A stretch of DNA of 64,000 bases from a bacterium (GCA_030427295.1 JAUHWS010000001.1:14079-78078); one strand, 5' to 3'; positions 54,185-63,560 are shown, counted from the stretch's first letter. A program made the numbers and translations. The notes: a model not told the origin generated them from the sequence alone.

Positions 54185-55945
54185 ATGACGCTCAAAAAAT
54201 TTCTCCCTATCGCTACCTTTTTCATGGCTTTGCTTGCGTTTCCCACCCTCACGCAGGCGGGCTTGAGTGATCGTTGTTTTCCCTCCATTCAATGTGATGA
54301 AAGCAGTGACTACTACGCGGGCAGCTGTCAGAAAAAAATCGATACGATCAACGATTGTCCTGTGCCTCCTTTTGGGCAATTCTCTGCCTTTAGTTGTGAT
54401 TACGGATGTTATTTTCGGACGCGCCCCGAATTTCAAGAATGCGCAGGGGGTTTCATGGTCAATGGTACCTGCATGACCTCCCTCGAAATCGTCAACGACG
54501 AAAATCAAAGTAAGATTTGGGATGGGGTCGAACTCGAATCCATCGGAGCCGGTGGTGAAGGGTTGTGGGAAACCGACGGAGTCCACGTGTATCGCAGCTC
54601 CGGAAATGTCGGGATTGGTGTCGAAAATCCCGAAGACTACCCGCTGGATGTAGCAGGCCCTATCAATGTAAATCATGACGTTGAGGGGGCGGCGATTTAT
54701 GCCAACCAGCGTCAAATGCTTTGGTATAATAAGGAATTTGGACTTGCGGGGTGGGGCTTTGACGCCGATGTCAATCTCTTTCCAAAGCGCGTGGGAATTG
54801 GAGCAATGCCTCCAGAAGAAACCAATCTGTATGTCGAAAAAGATGAGGAAGTCAACGCGTTAGGAGGCAATTATACTGGTTATTTCTATAACAAAAATAG
54901 TGGGACCACAGCTACGACTGGCATCTTCACACGCGGAGAGGCAGCCAACGCTTCAACGTATGGGCTCACTAGCTACGCCTGGAGCACCGGATCCAATGAT
55001 GCACACGGGATTTATAGCTATGCCTTAGTACAAGACAACAACAATGCAGACATTGCTTACGGACTGTACTCCATATCAATGAACAATTCCAATAACTGTG
55101 ACAATGAAGGGTGTGCCCACAGCTACGGAGTGTATTCCAAGGCTAATGGACCACTTTCAACAGGGGTGTATGGGGAAGCGCGTCAAACCGCAGGGCATTT
55201 TGTAGGTGCTTCAAACGGAAATAGCAATACCGTTGGATTAAAAGTAGAGAGTGAAGCATCTGGTTCGACCGGAGCCACCTTTAACTGTGACGGCCCTTGT
55301 ACCTCAGCCATTTTTTATGATGGGGATGATGTGGCTTACAACGAATACAAGTCTGGCATGGTGATCATTGGCAGTCCGACATCAAACCATCTCAGTTTCG
55401 ACAACAATGAAATCATGGCTAAACAATTGGGGAGTTTTTCCACCCTCCACCTCAATGCCGATGGAGGGAGTGTGATGCTCACCAAGGGCAATCCAGCTTA
55501 CAAGCTCCAATTGGCGAATGACAGTAATAATTTAAAAGGACGAGGGTTGGCATTCTCGTGGGATACCTTTTCTGACAGTCGGGTCAAGATGAATCAAAGA
55601 GATCTAAAATATGGATTAGATACTCTTATGAAATTACGACCCAAATCTTACGATCATTACAGTGGTACCGTCCAAAACGGCCAAGTCATGCTAGGAGAGG
55701 ATTATGAACCCACCATCGGATTCATTGCTCAAGAGGTTTACGACGTTATTCCTGAGGCTGTCAGAAAGCCAGCGGATGAGTCCAATGAACTCTGGACCAT
55801 GGACAGCGACAAATTGGTCCCGGTGCTGGTCAATGCCATCCAAGAACAACAAACCACCATCGATCAGTTGACTTCTGCCGTCTGCGATCTCAATCCCAAG
55901 GCTGACATCTGCAGCGAATCCAATCAAAAAGCACCCTCAATTTAG
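54185..55945 (+). CDS. Secreted tail-fibre-like protein with C-terminal peptidase S74 intramolecular-chaperone domain
   Basis: Signal peptide; Cys-rich N-domain; central repeats of the xYG(L/V/I)YS type. The C-terminus reads FSDSRVKMNQRDLKYGLDTLMKLRPKSYDH..PTIGFIAQEVYDVIPEAV...DKLVPVLVNAIQEQQ, the endosialidase/tail-fibre chaperone pattern. Confidence 0.8.
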   Translation: MTLKKFLPIATFFMALLAFPTLTQAGLSDRCFPSIQCDESSDYYAGSCQKKIDTINDCPVPPFGQFSAFSCDYGCYFRTRPEFQECAGGFMVNGTCMTSLEIVNDENQSKIWDGVELESIGAGGEGLWETDGVHVYRSSGNVGIGVENPEDYPLDVAGPINVNHDVEGAAIYANQRQMLWYNKEFGLAGWGFDADVNLFPKRVGIGAMPPEETNLYVEKDEEVNALGGNYTGYFYNKNSGTTATTGIFTRGEAANASTYGLTSYAWSTGSNDAHGIYSYALVQDNNNADIAYGLYSISMNNSNNCDNEGCAHSYGVYSKANGPLSTGVYGEARQTAGHFVGASNGNSNTVGLKVESEASGSTGATFNCDGPCTSAIFYDGDDVAYNEYKSGMVIIGSPTSNHLSFDNNEIMAKQLGSFSTLHLNADGGSVMLTKGNPAYKLQLANDSNNLKGRGLAFSWDTFSDSRVKMNQRDLKYGLDTLMKLRPKSYDHYSGTVQNGQVMLGEDYEPTIGFIAQEVYDVIPEAVRKPADESNELWTMDSDKLVPVLVNAIQEQQTTIDQLTSAVCDLNPKADICSESNQKAPSI

Positions 55946-56031
55946 CTTGGTAGTTTAGTCGTTTCGCTAGCTTATTAAGCTCTGTATGCTGCTATGGTGG
56001 CTTCAGCAATAAACAATAGAAATCAGTAAAC

Positions 56032-56469
56032 ATGAAAAAAATAGCCAAAAAAATCAGTGCCGTGCTCCTTGCCACCTTCATCCTCTCCGCTTGTGCCAAT
56101 CAGGATGAAGCGCCAAATATAGAATCAGAGGTCACGACCGAGCCTGATCAAAGTACGACAGATAACTCAAATGCCGAAACTGAAGCCGTTCAAAACACTG
56201 GTACACCAGCCCTTCCCACCACTCCCGACCCCACAGAAGTCCTGGTTCAAGACCTGATGAATGAAACCCAGCCCACCGAAACGGGCACCCTCGATGACCT
56301 CCCTCAAGATCTCCCAGAAGCCACCGACAGTCCCGAATACAGCCAAGCGACCACTCCCGAATCTCCCCAAGATTGTGAAGCCATTCAAGATGCAGAGTTG
56401 AAATCAATCTGCTATCACGCCGCAGGCTACAGCGACAATTCACCCTCTGTCGAGGAAGATGCTTTGTAA
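56032..56469 (+). CDS. Acidic Pro/Thr-rich lipoprotein
   Basis: Lipobox ..FILSAC at aa 15-20. The remainder is low-complexity and acidic. Confidence 0.65.
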   Translation: MKKIAKKISAVLLATFILSACANQDEAPNIESEVTTEPDQSTTDNSNAETEAVQNTGTPALPTTPDPTEVLVQDLMNETQPTETGTLDDLPQDLPEATDSPEYSQATTPESPQDCEAIQDAELKSICYHAAGYSDNSPSVEEDAL

Positions 56470-56470
56470 A

Positions 56471-56554
56471 ATGTCTGATGTCTAATGGGCTAATGTCTAA
56501 TGGGGACAATCATTTGGAAAATACAAAAAGCATAAGACATTAGACATCAGACAT
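56471..56554. repeat. Perfect 17-bp inverted repeat (atgtctgatgtctaatg / cattagacatcagacat) with a 50-nt loop
   Basis: Left arm 56471-56487, right arm 56538-56554. Built from agacatc/agacatt heptamer words. It starts 1 nt after the lipoprotein stop and is followed by an A-run, not a T-run. Confidence 0.85.
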
Positions 56555-56566
56555 CAAAAAAACCCT

Positions 56567-56595
56567 TTGACAGGCGAGGGGGCATTTGCTAAAAT
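56567..56595 (+). promoter_or_regulatory. Strong sigma-70-like promoter for tuf (TTGACA-17-TAAAAT)
   Basis: TTGACA at 56567-72, a 17-nt spacer, TAAAAT at 56590-95, about 100 nt upstream of the tuf ATG. Confidence 0.65.
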
Positions 56596-56695
56596 CCAGC
56601 TTGCTTGTTTTTCAGATTGGCAAAGTTCGTATTGAATGAACGACGCAAATGTGTAAGAATAGGCGTGACTATTAACTATTTAATCAATACATATT

Positions 56696-57883
56696 ATGGC
56701 TGAAGGAACATTTGATCGCAGCAAGCCACACGTGAATGTTGGGACCATTGGTCACGTCGACCATGGTAAAACAACACTCTCTGCTGCACTTTGTACAGTT
56801 GCTGCTGCACAAGGACATGGTAAGGCAGTAAGCTTCCAGGACATTGATAATGCTCCTGAAGAAAAGGCTCGTGGTATTACCATTGCCACCTCTCACCAAG
56901 AGTACGAAACAAACAAGCGTCACTACGCTCACGTGGATTGTCCTGGGCATGCTGACTACGTTAAGAACATGATTACGGGTGCCGCTCAAATGGATGGTGC
57001 CATCTTGGTGGTTTCTGCTGCTGATGGACCAATGCCACAAACTCGAGAACACATCCTATTGGCTCGCCAAGTAGAAGTACCTCACATTGTGGTCTTCTTG
57101 AACAAATGCGACATGGTAGACGATCCAGAACTTCTCGACTTGGTTGAAATGGAGATCCGTGAACTTCTCAACAAATACGAATTCCCTGGAGACGACACGC
57201 CAATCATCCGTGGTTCTGCGCTTAAAGCGCTTGAAAACCCATCTGGAGATGATGCTAAGCCAGTGGTTGAACTCCTCAACAAGTTGGATGAATACATTCC
57301 AGATCCAAAACGTGATATCGATAAAGACATGTTGATGCCCGTTGAAGATATCTTCTCTATCAAAGGTCGTGGTACCGTTGCCACGGGTCGTATCGAACAA
57401 GGGGTGGTTAACGTGAATGACGAAGTTGAAATCGTCGGTCTACGTGACACCAAGAAAGTGGTTGTGACGGGAGTAGAAATGTTCCGAAAACTGCTTGATC
57501 GTGGTCAAGCTGGAGATAACGTTGGCTTGCTCCTTCGTGGGGTAGAGCGTGACGATATCGAACGTGGACAAGTGATCGCTAAACCAGGAACCATCACACC
57601 TCACAGTGAATTCGAAGCTGAAATCTACGTTTTGAGTAAAGAAGAAGGAGGGCGTCACACGCCATTCTTCAAAGGTTACAAACCTCAGTTCTACATCCGA
57701 ACGACTGACGTAACCGGTGAAGTTCATCTTCCAGAAGGAACCGAAATGGTGATGCCTGGAGATAACATCAAACTCCGTGTGACCCTTGGTAAAAACATCG
57801 CCCTAGAAGACGGAACCCGTTTCGCGATCCGCGAAGGAGGTCGAACCGTTGGAGCGGGTGTGGTCACCAAGATCATCAAATAG
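56696..57883 (+). CDS. tuf: Elongation factor Tu
   Basis: [22 protein letters not shown], and full-length similarity to EF-Tu. Confidence 0.98.
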   Translation: MAEGTFDRSKPHVNVGTIGHVDHGKTTLSAALCTVAAAQGHGKAVSFQDIDNAPEEKARGITIATSHQEYETNKRHYAHVDCPGHADYVKNMITGAAQMDGAILVVSAADGPMPQTREHILLARQVEVPHIVVFLNKCDMVDDPELLDLVEMEIRELLNKYEFPGDDTPIIRGSALKALENPSGDDAKPVVELLNKLDEYIPDPKRDIDKDMLMPVEDIFSIKGRGTVATGRIEQGVVNVNDEVEIVGLRDTKKVVVTGVEMFRKLLDRGQAGDNVGLLLRGVERDDIERGQVIAKPGTITPHSEFEAEIYVLSKEEGGRHTPFFKGYKPQFYIRTTDVTGEVHLPEGTEMVMPGDNIKLRVTLGKNIALEDGTRFAIREGGRTVGAGVVTKIIK

Positions 57884-57891
57884 ACCTTTTG

Positions 57892-57935
57892 TCCCGATAG
57901 GCTTCCGAGCTTATCGGGATTATAAGTTTTATTTG
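57892..57935 (+). terminator. Hairpin plus T-rich tract after tuf (terminator/attenuator)
   Basis: tcccgatag-gcttccgagc-ttatcggga followed by ttataagttttattt. Confidence 0.55.
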
Positions 57936-58036
57936 ACTGGAGCAATTCCCTTTGTGGAAACTCCTACCACATTTAAGCTTAGTAAGCTCCATAAGCTCTG
58001 TAAGCTAAAATGTACAATTCGTAACCTCTCAAACCC

Positions 58037-58369
58037 ATGGCTGCTAAAAAAGATTCTGGCAATAAACAACGCATTCGCATTACCCTAAAAGCCTTCGATC
58101 ATACCATCATCGATAAGGCTGTTGAAACCATTATCAGCACAGCAGAACGCACGGGGGCTATTGTGGCTGGGCCAATTCCGCTTCCTACCAAGATTAAAAA
58201 ATTCACGGTTCTCAAATCAACTTTTGTCTCTAAAGACTCTCGTGAACAATTCGAAATGCGCATCCACAAACGTTTGATTGACCTGCGCGAAACCACCTCT
58301 TCAACCATCGACTCACTCACCAACCTCTCGCTTCCTGCCGGAGTGGACATTGAGATTAAAATGCTTTAA
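58037..58369 (+). CDS. rpsJ: 30S ribosomal protein S10
   Basis: [11 protein letters not shown]......I...A...GA...GPIPLPT......VL.S....[15 protein letters not shown]. Confidence 0.96.
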   Translation: MAAKKDSGNKQRIRITLKAFDHTIIDKAVETIISTAERTGAIVAGPIPLPTKIKKFTVLKSTFVSKDSREQFEMRIHKRLIDLRETTSSTIDSLTNLSLPAGVDIEIKML

Positions 58370-58402
58370 TAGCGATTAACGATTAGCGAGTAACGAATAA
58401 CA
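58370..58402 (-). repeat. Heptamer word array (tagcgat taacgat tagcgag taacgaa taac)
   Basis: Starts at the nt after the rpsJ TAA. Confidence 0.75.
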
Positions 58403-58472
58403 TAAAAGCAGTTGTCCAACTTATAAAGTACCTCCTTTGAGTGGTGCTTTTTAGTTTTTAATCCTAAATATA

Positions 58473-58832
58473 ATGAAAACCTTTAAAGATGTGCTTGTTT
58501 GGAAAGAGTCATATAAATTCACATTGCTGATTTATAAACTGACAAATAACTTTCCCACATCCGAGGAATTCGGGCTAAAATCTCAAATGAGACGAGCCGC
58601 TGTATCTATTATTTCAAACTTCGCTGAAGGGTTCAAGAAGGCTAGTTTTAAAGAAAAAAATCATTTTTATAAAATCTCTGAAGGATCCTTAGAAGAAATC
58701 AAATGTCAAACGATGCTCTCCAAGGATTTGTCCTATTTGAGTGAGCAGGAGTACGAACAAATCGCATTGTTAGAAAATACCATCAGAAGACTGCTTCATG
58801 GTTGGATAAAATCCCAAAAATCTCACTACTAG
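58473..58832 (+). CDS. Four-helix-bundle protein (23S rRNA intervening-sequence protein family)
   Basis: FKDVLVWKESYKFTLLIYKLTNNFP..E.FGLKSQMRRAAVSIISNFAEGF.....KEK.HFY.IS.GSL.E, the TIGR02436-type pattern. Confidence 0.85.
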   Translation: MKTFKDVLVWKESYKFTLLIYKLTNNFPTSEEFGLKSQMRRAAVSIISNFAEGFKKASFKEKNHFYKISEGSLEEIKCQTMLSKDLSYLSEQEYEQIALLENTIRRLLHGWIKSQKSHY

Positions 58833-58863
58833 CTAATCGATAATCGTTACTCGTTAATCGTTA
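58833..58863 (+). repeat. Heptamer word array (ctaatcg ataatcg ttactcg ttaatcg tta)
   Basis: Starts at the nt after the TAG at 58830-32. Confidence 0.75.
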
Positions 58864-58901
58864 TAAGGATTTGCTATAATTTCAGTAAGCGCTTTAAAGA
58901 A

Positions 58902-59921
58902 ATGACATCAAAAAAAACCATCATCATTGGCGCAGGGCCTTCAGGGTTGGCGACGGCCTACTATCTCAAACGTGCAGGAGTGGATTTTGTGATGTTCGAA
59001 AAAGGGGATCGGCCGGGATTTTCCTATGCGAGTATGCACGAGAGCCTCAGGCTCCTCACGCCGGCCTGCTACTCCAACTTGCCAGGATTCAAACTCTCTC
59101 CCAAAAAACTTCCCTACTACACCCGTCCTCAGCTGATCGATTACTATGAGGATTACGCCGAACACTTTGAACTCCCCATTCAATTTGGTCAGGAGGTTGA
59201 ATCGGTCACAACTCACTCCGGTGGGTTTGAGGTGAAGACCAAAACTGACATCTATCAAGCCAAGTCCCTGGTTTGTGCGACGGGGCAATTTACTCACCCA
59301 TTTATCCCGCCTCTGAAGGGCCTAGCATCCACTGCCATCACGGTGATGCATTCGTCTGCCTATCAGTCGCCCCAAGCGCTCAAATCAACTCTAAACGGCA
59401 AGCAACGGGTGCTAGTGGTTGGAGGAGGAAACACGGGTACCGAAATCGCTTGTGAACTGGCCGAGGCAGGATTCAAGGTGGGTCTCTCGACCAAGCGCCC
59501 TCTCCACGTGCTCCCGCACCGTATTGTAGGGCTGGATGTTCATTTTATCGCCCGCCCTTTTGAGCACCTCACTCGCCTTGTCACCCGCATCACGGGTAAG
59601 CCTTTTGAGGTCAAAAAGACGCCGGTTTTAGGCCGACAGATCTTGCAGAAGATCAAGTCGGGTCAAATCCACGCGTATACTCAATTGCTAGGATTCGACC
59701 ACGATCAAGTCCAATTCAAGTCCGAATCCGTTCCTTTCGATGCTGTCATTTTGGCGACGGGTTATCGTTACGAAACGCCCTATCTCAAATTCTCCAGCGC
59801 CCCTCCCGGCCTCTTCTATGTCGGCAAGCCCGGCCAATCCGGCCTCGACTCGGCCTTCCTTCGCGGAATCAACTTGGATGCCAAGCGAGCCGCGAAGCAA
59901 GTGTTGCGGTATTTGAAGTGA
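58902..59921 (+). CDS. NAD(P)/FAD-dependent oxidoreductase (flavin-monooxygenase-like)
   Basis: Two Rossmann GxGxxG motifs, IIIGAGPSGLATAYYL and VLVVGGGNTGTEIACEL, plus an ATGY motif. Confidence 0.8.
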   Translation: MTSKKTIIIGAGPSGLATAYYLKRAGVDFVMFEKGDRPGFSYASMHESLRLLTPACYSNLPGFKLSPKKLPYYTRPQLIDYYEDYAEHFELPIQFGQEVESVTTHSGGFEVKTKTDIYQAKSLVCATGQFTHPFIPPLKGLASTAITVMHSSAYQSPQALKSTLNGKQRVLVVGGGNTGTEIACELAEAGFKVGLSTKRPLHVLPHRIVGLDVHFIARPFEHLTRLVTRITGKPFEVKKTPVLGRQILQKIKSGQIHAYTQLLGFDHDQVQFKSESVPFDAVILATGYRYETPYLKFSSAPPGLFYVGKPGQSGLDSAFLRGINLDAKRAAKQVLRYLK

Positions 59922-59922
59922 A

Positions 59923-60164
59923 GTATATACTCACCTTCTCCTCATCTATATACCTACCCTCTATGAAATGCTGAAGTTCATTTCGATACCTTTTTCAACA
60001 AGCGAATAGCGAGTAGCGAGTAGCGATTAGCTAAAATACAGCTTTCAGAAGCCCCCTCTAACTCCCCCGAAGGGGGAGGGTAAATAATGCTTCCTTGCAC
60101 CTCGCACTTAGCCCGCCGCACTTGTGACGAAAAGTATATACTTATCATCTTCCTAACTATATAC
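59923..60164 (-). repeat. GTATATAC double-box module M6 (interior partly type 2)
   Basis: Boxes at 59923-30, 59946-53 (CTATATAC), 60134-41 and 60157-64 (CTATATAC). The first box starts 1 nt after the oxidoreductase TGA (gTGAaGTATATAC). The interior contains agcgaat agcgagt agcgagt agcgatt agc and a ctcccccgaagggggag hairpin. Confidence 0.85.
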
Positions 60165-60352
60165 TCACCCTCTGAAAAAAGCTGGGGGCTCAGAGCTTGT
60201 TGCTGGGAGTAAAATTCGGTTAGTATAGCTCTTCATTCGTCTTAAATAAGAGGTAATTTAAGTTATTCTAAATACCGACTAGTCTACCAGCTAACAGCTA
60301 ATAGCTACCATCTCGAATAAAGTATATACCCACCCTACCTTCAAGTATATAC
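60134..60352 (-). repeat. GTATATAC double-box module M7 (interior type 3), sharing its left box pair with M6
   Basis: Boxes at 60134-41, 60157-64, 60322-29 and 60345-52. The interior is homologous to 36931-37149. Confidence 0.85.
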
Positions 60353-60426
60353 CTAAGTGTACCGTTATCACTCTCCTGCCTGAGCAAGACAATCATCTGA
60401 ATTTTACAATGTCGGAGACAGAATGC

Positions 60427-61083
60427 CTATTCAGCGAATTCCAGAAAGGGATTGTTGTCCTCGTGATCTGGATCTGCTGGTCTTTTAAGGTCATCATCCA
60501 TCCAGCCCCGAGTTAATTGTTCAGCTTCAACAACTTTATCCCTTTTAATGATAAAACTAGTACTTGCCTCGCCATTTAGTTTGGATTTTGCCTTCCGCAG
60601 TTGGTTTTCCTCACGGGTCAAATTCCCTTCGTTTAACCCATCAAAAAATGAAGCTAGTCCAGCCTTTCGATTCAAAGTCATGACTTGATTGCCAGCTTCA
60701 TCCAAAGTAACTGATTGGATGATCACTCTAACATAGGGGGTGCCCCCGACCATATCAACTCGCTCCACAAGCGCAAGATTTTCTGAAGAAGTTCCATCTT
60801 CATTGTGTTCGTAACGAACCATTGTGCCAGGAAGGTATTTATCTCTAGTGTCTAAATATTCCAATAAATCACCCCCCATATCTCCATCCCTAAATTGAAT
60901 CACACAATCTGCAAAAGCAGCTCGCTGCTCTTCAATTAATTGCGCTTCACAAGATCTTTCAGCTGCAGCTTGCCGTTCAGCGTCAATTCTTCTTACCATA
61001 TCACCCACTGTGCTGACTAAGCTCAGCCCTCCTGCTTGAGACATTTCAACATCTCTACGTTCGAATGTTCTTCCATCAGGCAT
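60427..61083 (-). CDS. Hypothetical protein (ORFan; shares a beta-rich segment with the 61145-61846 product)
   Basis: 218-aa ORF. The segment GTMVRYEHNEDGTSSENLALVERVDMVGGTPYVRVIIQSV aligns by eye with GSEVLHARLEDGSADPDRVALVDDVETIEGLRLVRCLVERV in the next gene. Confidence 0.5.
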   Translation of the reverse strand: MPDGRTFERRDVEMSQAGGLSLVSTVGDMVRRIDAERQAAAERSCEAQLIEEQRAAFADCVIQFRDGDMGGDLLEYLDTRDKYLPGTMVRYEHNEDGTSSENLALVERVDMVGGTPYVRVIIQSVTLDEAGNQVMTLNRKAGLASFFDGLNEGNLTREENQLRKAKSKLNGEASTSFIIKRDKVVEAEQLTRGWMDDDLKRPADPDHEDNNPFLEFAE

Positions 61084-61144
61084 ATCATCGTGAGTTATGA
61101 GCTAAGAGTTTATTTTTACACACCAACTGACCTTAAGACAAGTT

Positions 61145-61846
61145 TTATTGAGGGTTTCTTCCACGTACAGCCCCAACAAATTCATTGATAAATCGTTGAG
61201 TTGTCCACCCAGGGATCTCCAATGATTGGGCAACTCTCTTATCACCATTCTTAGCTAATCGGGCCTTGGCTTCTGCAAGCCTCTCTAAATTGACTGCTAA
61301 ATCATCTGGGTTCAATTCGTCTAAATCCACAGGACGACCATAAAGGACTTCAATTATGGTGGTTCTCTGGCCATCTTTACCTTGAACCACCCGTTCGACA
61401 AGGCATCGGACGAGACGAAGGCCTTCAATGGTTTCCACATCATCAACCAGGGCCACTCTGTCAGGGTCAGCGGAACCATCCTCCAAGCGGGCATGTAAGA
61501 CTTCAGAGCCTCTTGCGTAGCGCTTTTCTGCTCTTTTTTCTGCTTCTGTCCTTTGGCGATCATTCTCATCTAATTGAGCCAGAGTTTGGTCTGCTAAGGC
61601 CTGATATTCCTCGGCAGCTGCCTCGTCCATTCTGGGGCCACCTAAAGACTGACCTTTTCCGTCCATCAAATCAGCAAATTTACCTCTTTTAGAAGTAACT
61701 GCAGCATGAGCAGTATCTTGCCCATCTTTTTCAGCTAAAAACCGTGAACCACTTTCCGAAGCCAGACGGAGCTCTCTCTGTCTCTGTCTATCAGCAGCCG
61801 CTGGGTCGATAAGGTCTTCATAGGTTTCTAGTTTTCTGGCACCCAT
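61145..61846 (-). CDS. Hypothetical protein (ORFan, putative paralog of the 60427-61083 product)
   Basis: 233-aa ORF, rich in charged residues, with no signal peptide. Confidence 0.5.
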   Translation of the reverse strand: MGARKLETYEDLIDPAAADRQRQRELRLASESGSRFLAEKDGQDTAHAAVTSKRGKFADLMDGKGQSLGGPRMDEAAAEEYQALADQTLAQLDENDRQRTEAEKRAEKRYARGSEVLHARLEDGSADPDRVALVDDVETIEGLRLVRCLVERVVQGKDGQRTTIIEVLYGRPVDLDELNPDDLAVNLERLAEAKARLAKNGDKRVAQSLEIPGWTTQRFINEFVGAVRGRNPQ

Positions 61847-61918
61847 AATTTGAAAAGTTAGTAATTTAGTAAGTTTTTAAGCGCTTTAAACTGGAAAAAT
61901 GAATCTAGAATCTTAAAT

Positions 61919-62617
61919 TTAATCATTTTCAACATCAATCTGAATTTGCTCACCCATATATTCATTAACAACTTCATCAAGCTCCCTAGTATCATTGACG
62001 TTATCAACAGGACCATGTGGACATGGTATGATCGAAAGTTGATTGATTATTTCTTTTGGAAAAGAAGCTGGGACATTAGCTCCAGTCTGGGATCGGGTAT
62101 AGACAATCACTGAGCCATCTTTTTCCGGATCAAGGCCAAGGTAAATCATGCAGGCCACTACTTTTTCAGCTTGATCACAAACCAAAAGTACATCACCCGG
62201 TTCACATGTTTGAATATCAAAACCAAGGTCTGCAACATCCAATGGATATTCATCCTCTTCTTTCACGAGTGTTGCATCATTCACAATTTCATGGGCATCA
62301 CTTGGCTCTACTTGAGGAACGCCGTAACATGGCGCGGCCGCGATTGGCTCAGACCCGATAGTCCGATTTTCAGGTCTAGCAAGGACAAACCCACCACTTA
62401 CCTTTAAAGAAGTGACCCCACGGGCAGCCGCTAAAAATTTAGCTCGATTGCTGTTTGCCGCGCGCAACAAATCAGCACCAGAAACATCTCCTAAAATACT
62501 AAATCTGTTCCTAATGGCCTTAGTCACATTTGGGCCAAGTTGAACTAAGCCCTCAAAACTTTTTGGTTCTTCTATGATGTCAGTTTCAGTATATAAATCT
62601 TCTGCTGCGCCAGCCAT
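61919..62617 (-). CDS. Hypothetical protein (ORFan)
   Basis: 232-aa ORF with no recognisable motif. Confidence 0.5.
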   Translation of the reverse strand: MAGAAEDLYTETDIIEEPKSFEGLVQLGPNVTKAIRNRFSILGDVSGADLLRAANSNRAKFLAAARGVTSLKVSGGFVLARPENRTIGSEPIAAAPCYGVPQVEPSDAHEIVNDATLVKEEDEYPLDVADLGFDIQTCEPGDVLLVCDQAEKVVACMIYLGLDPEKDGSVIVYTRSQTGANVPASFPKEIINQLSIIPCPHGPVDNVNDTRELDEVVNEYMGEQIQIDVEND

Positions 62618-62726
62618 GGTAGCTAAATTTAATTTTTTAAAATTATTTAACCATTAACTTTATACAATAATATATTGAAAAATGTCAAGAGGAAGTTGGC
62701 AAGGAGAAGGTGAAAATTTCAGCGTG

Positions 62727-63560
62727 TTAGAGTTGTTTTCTACCGAAACCTGCTAAAAGTTCTTGAAAGAGACTAATAAGTCTTTTGCTCAGTCTAGATA
62801 ATTTTTCAATCACAGAGTCAAATGATAAACCTGCAGAAACTACTGGTTTATTTGACTGTCTTAAGGCAATCGCCTTATTTAACTCTTCAACATTAACAAC
62901 TCTTGTCATCCGATTTTCATCGCATTCTGCATTAACAATTTGGCTAATAGAGCCTGTTCTAGACCTAACATCGGAGATTACACCCATGCGAACCAAGTCC
63001 AGACGCCCAGTCCTTTCCATAGCCGCTAGTAGTTCTCCAATCTTAGCTCGTGATTCATCAAATCGAGTCACAGCTTCACGACCTCTCTCTTGATCGTCAG
63101 CCAGTCTTAATGCCGCCCTAGCCAACGTCACCATCCGTTCGACAGAATCATAAAGATCTGTATGCTCAAACCCTTTAGAAATAAGCTTATCAGCCAATCT
63201 AAGCCCATGTCTTTGGATTTCTTGCAATTGTTCATCCAATCGATTATCAGATTCACCATTGTACTCCAGTTCATTAGGAATGCCTGGTGCAAGTTCCGCC
63301 AATTCAATAACTGGCGTGCCATGCTGACTTATAATATCTTCAAAATGGACATCTTTGTGACCCGTTTCACCCCCAGGAGTTTCAAACTCAATTCTTATAA
63401 AAGGGTACTCCAGCTGAGTGGTGGCAACTCCCTGATACCAGTTGCCGTCGCTCCGTTTAAACTGAACTGGCCGTTTATTCACAAGAATAAAAATACGATC
63501 AAAGCGAGCGATATCAGCACCGCTTGGCTGTTCACTTGGATTAGTTCGGGGAGCATGCAT
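62727..63560 (-). CDS. Hypothetical protein (ORFan)
   Basis: 277-aa ORF with an N-terminal beta-rich segment (FILVNKRPVQFKRSDGNWYQGVATTQLEYPFIRIEFE) and a helical C-terminal half. Confidence 0.5.
   Translation of the reverse strand: MHAPRTNPSEQPSGADIARFDRIFILVNKRPVQFKRSDGNWYQGVATTQLEYPFIRIEFETPGGETGHKDVHFEDIISQHGTPVIELAELAPGIPNELEYNGESDNRLDEQLQEIQRHGLRLADKLISKGFEHTDLYDSVERMVTLARAALRLADDQERGREAVTRFDESRAKIGELLAAMERTGRLDLVRMGVISDVRSRTGSISQIVNAECDENRMTRVVNVEELNKAIALRQSNKPVVSAGLSFDSVIEKLSRLSKRLISLFQELLAGFGRKQL

Noticed and set aside
53975-54715. 246-aa minus-strand ORF and 248-aa plus-strand ORF opening at 53272.
   Set aside because: The minus-strand ORF is antisense to the well-supported S74 fibre gene and translates the 11-mer array. 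The plus-strand ORF's first 86 codons are antisense to the 52709-53422 gene, so the ATG at 53530, preceding a signal/TM helix, is used instead.
53530-55945. A prophage or diversity-generating retroelement around the tail-fibre-like gene and the Cys-rich (possibly lectin-like) protein.
   Set aside because: No reverse transcriptase, template/variable repeat pair, integrase, or other phage structural genes are visible in the window.
1363-60352. The GTATATAC-box modules interpreted as a CRISPR-like array (repeats separated by 150-200 bp spacers).
   Set aside because: The units are scattered singly across 60 kb, with at most two in tandem. The 'spacers' are far longer than CRISPR spacers, are themselves repeated between loci, and are low-complexity word arrays. 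The repeats are double boxes with variable linkers, and no cas genes are present.
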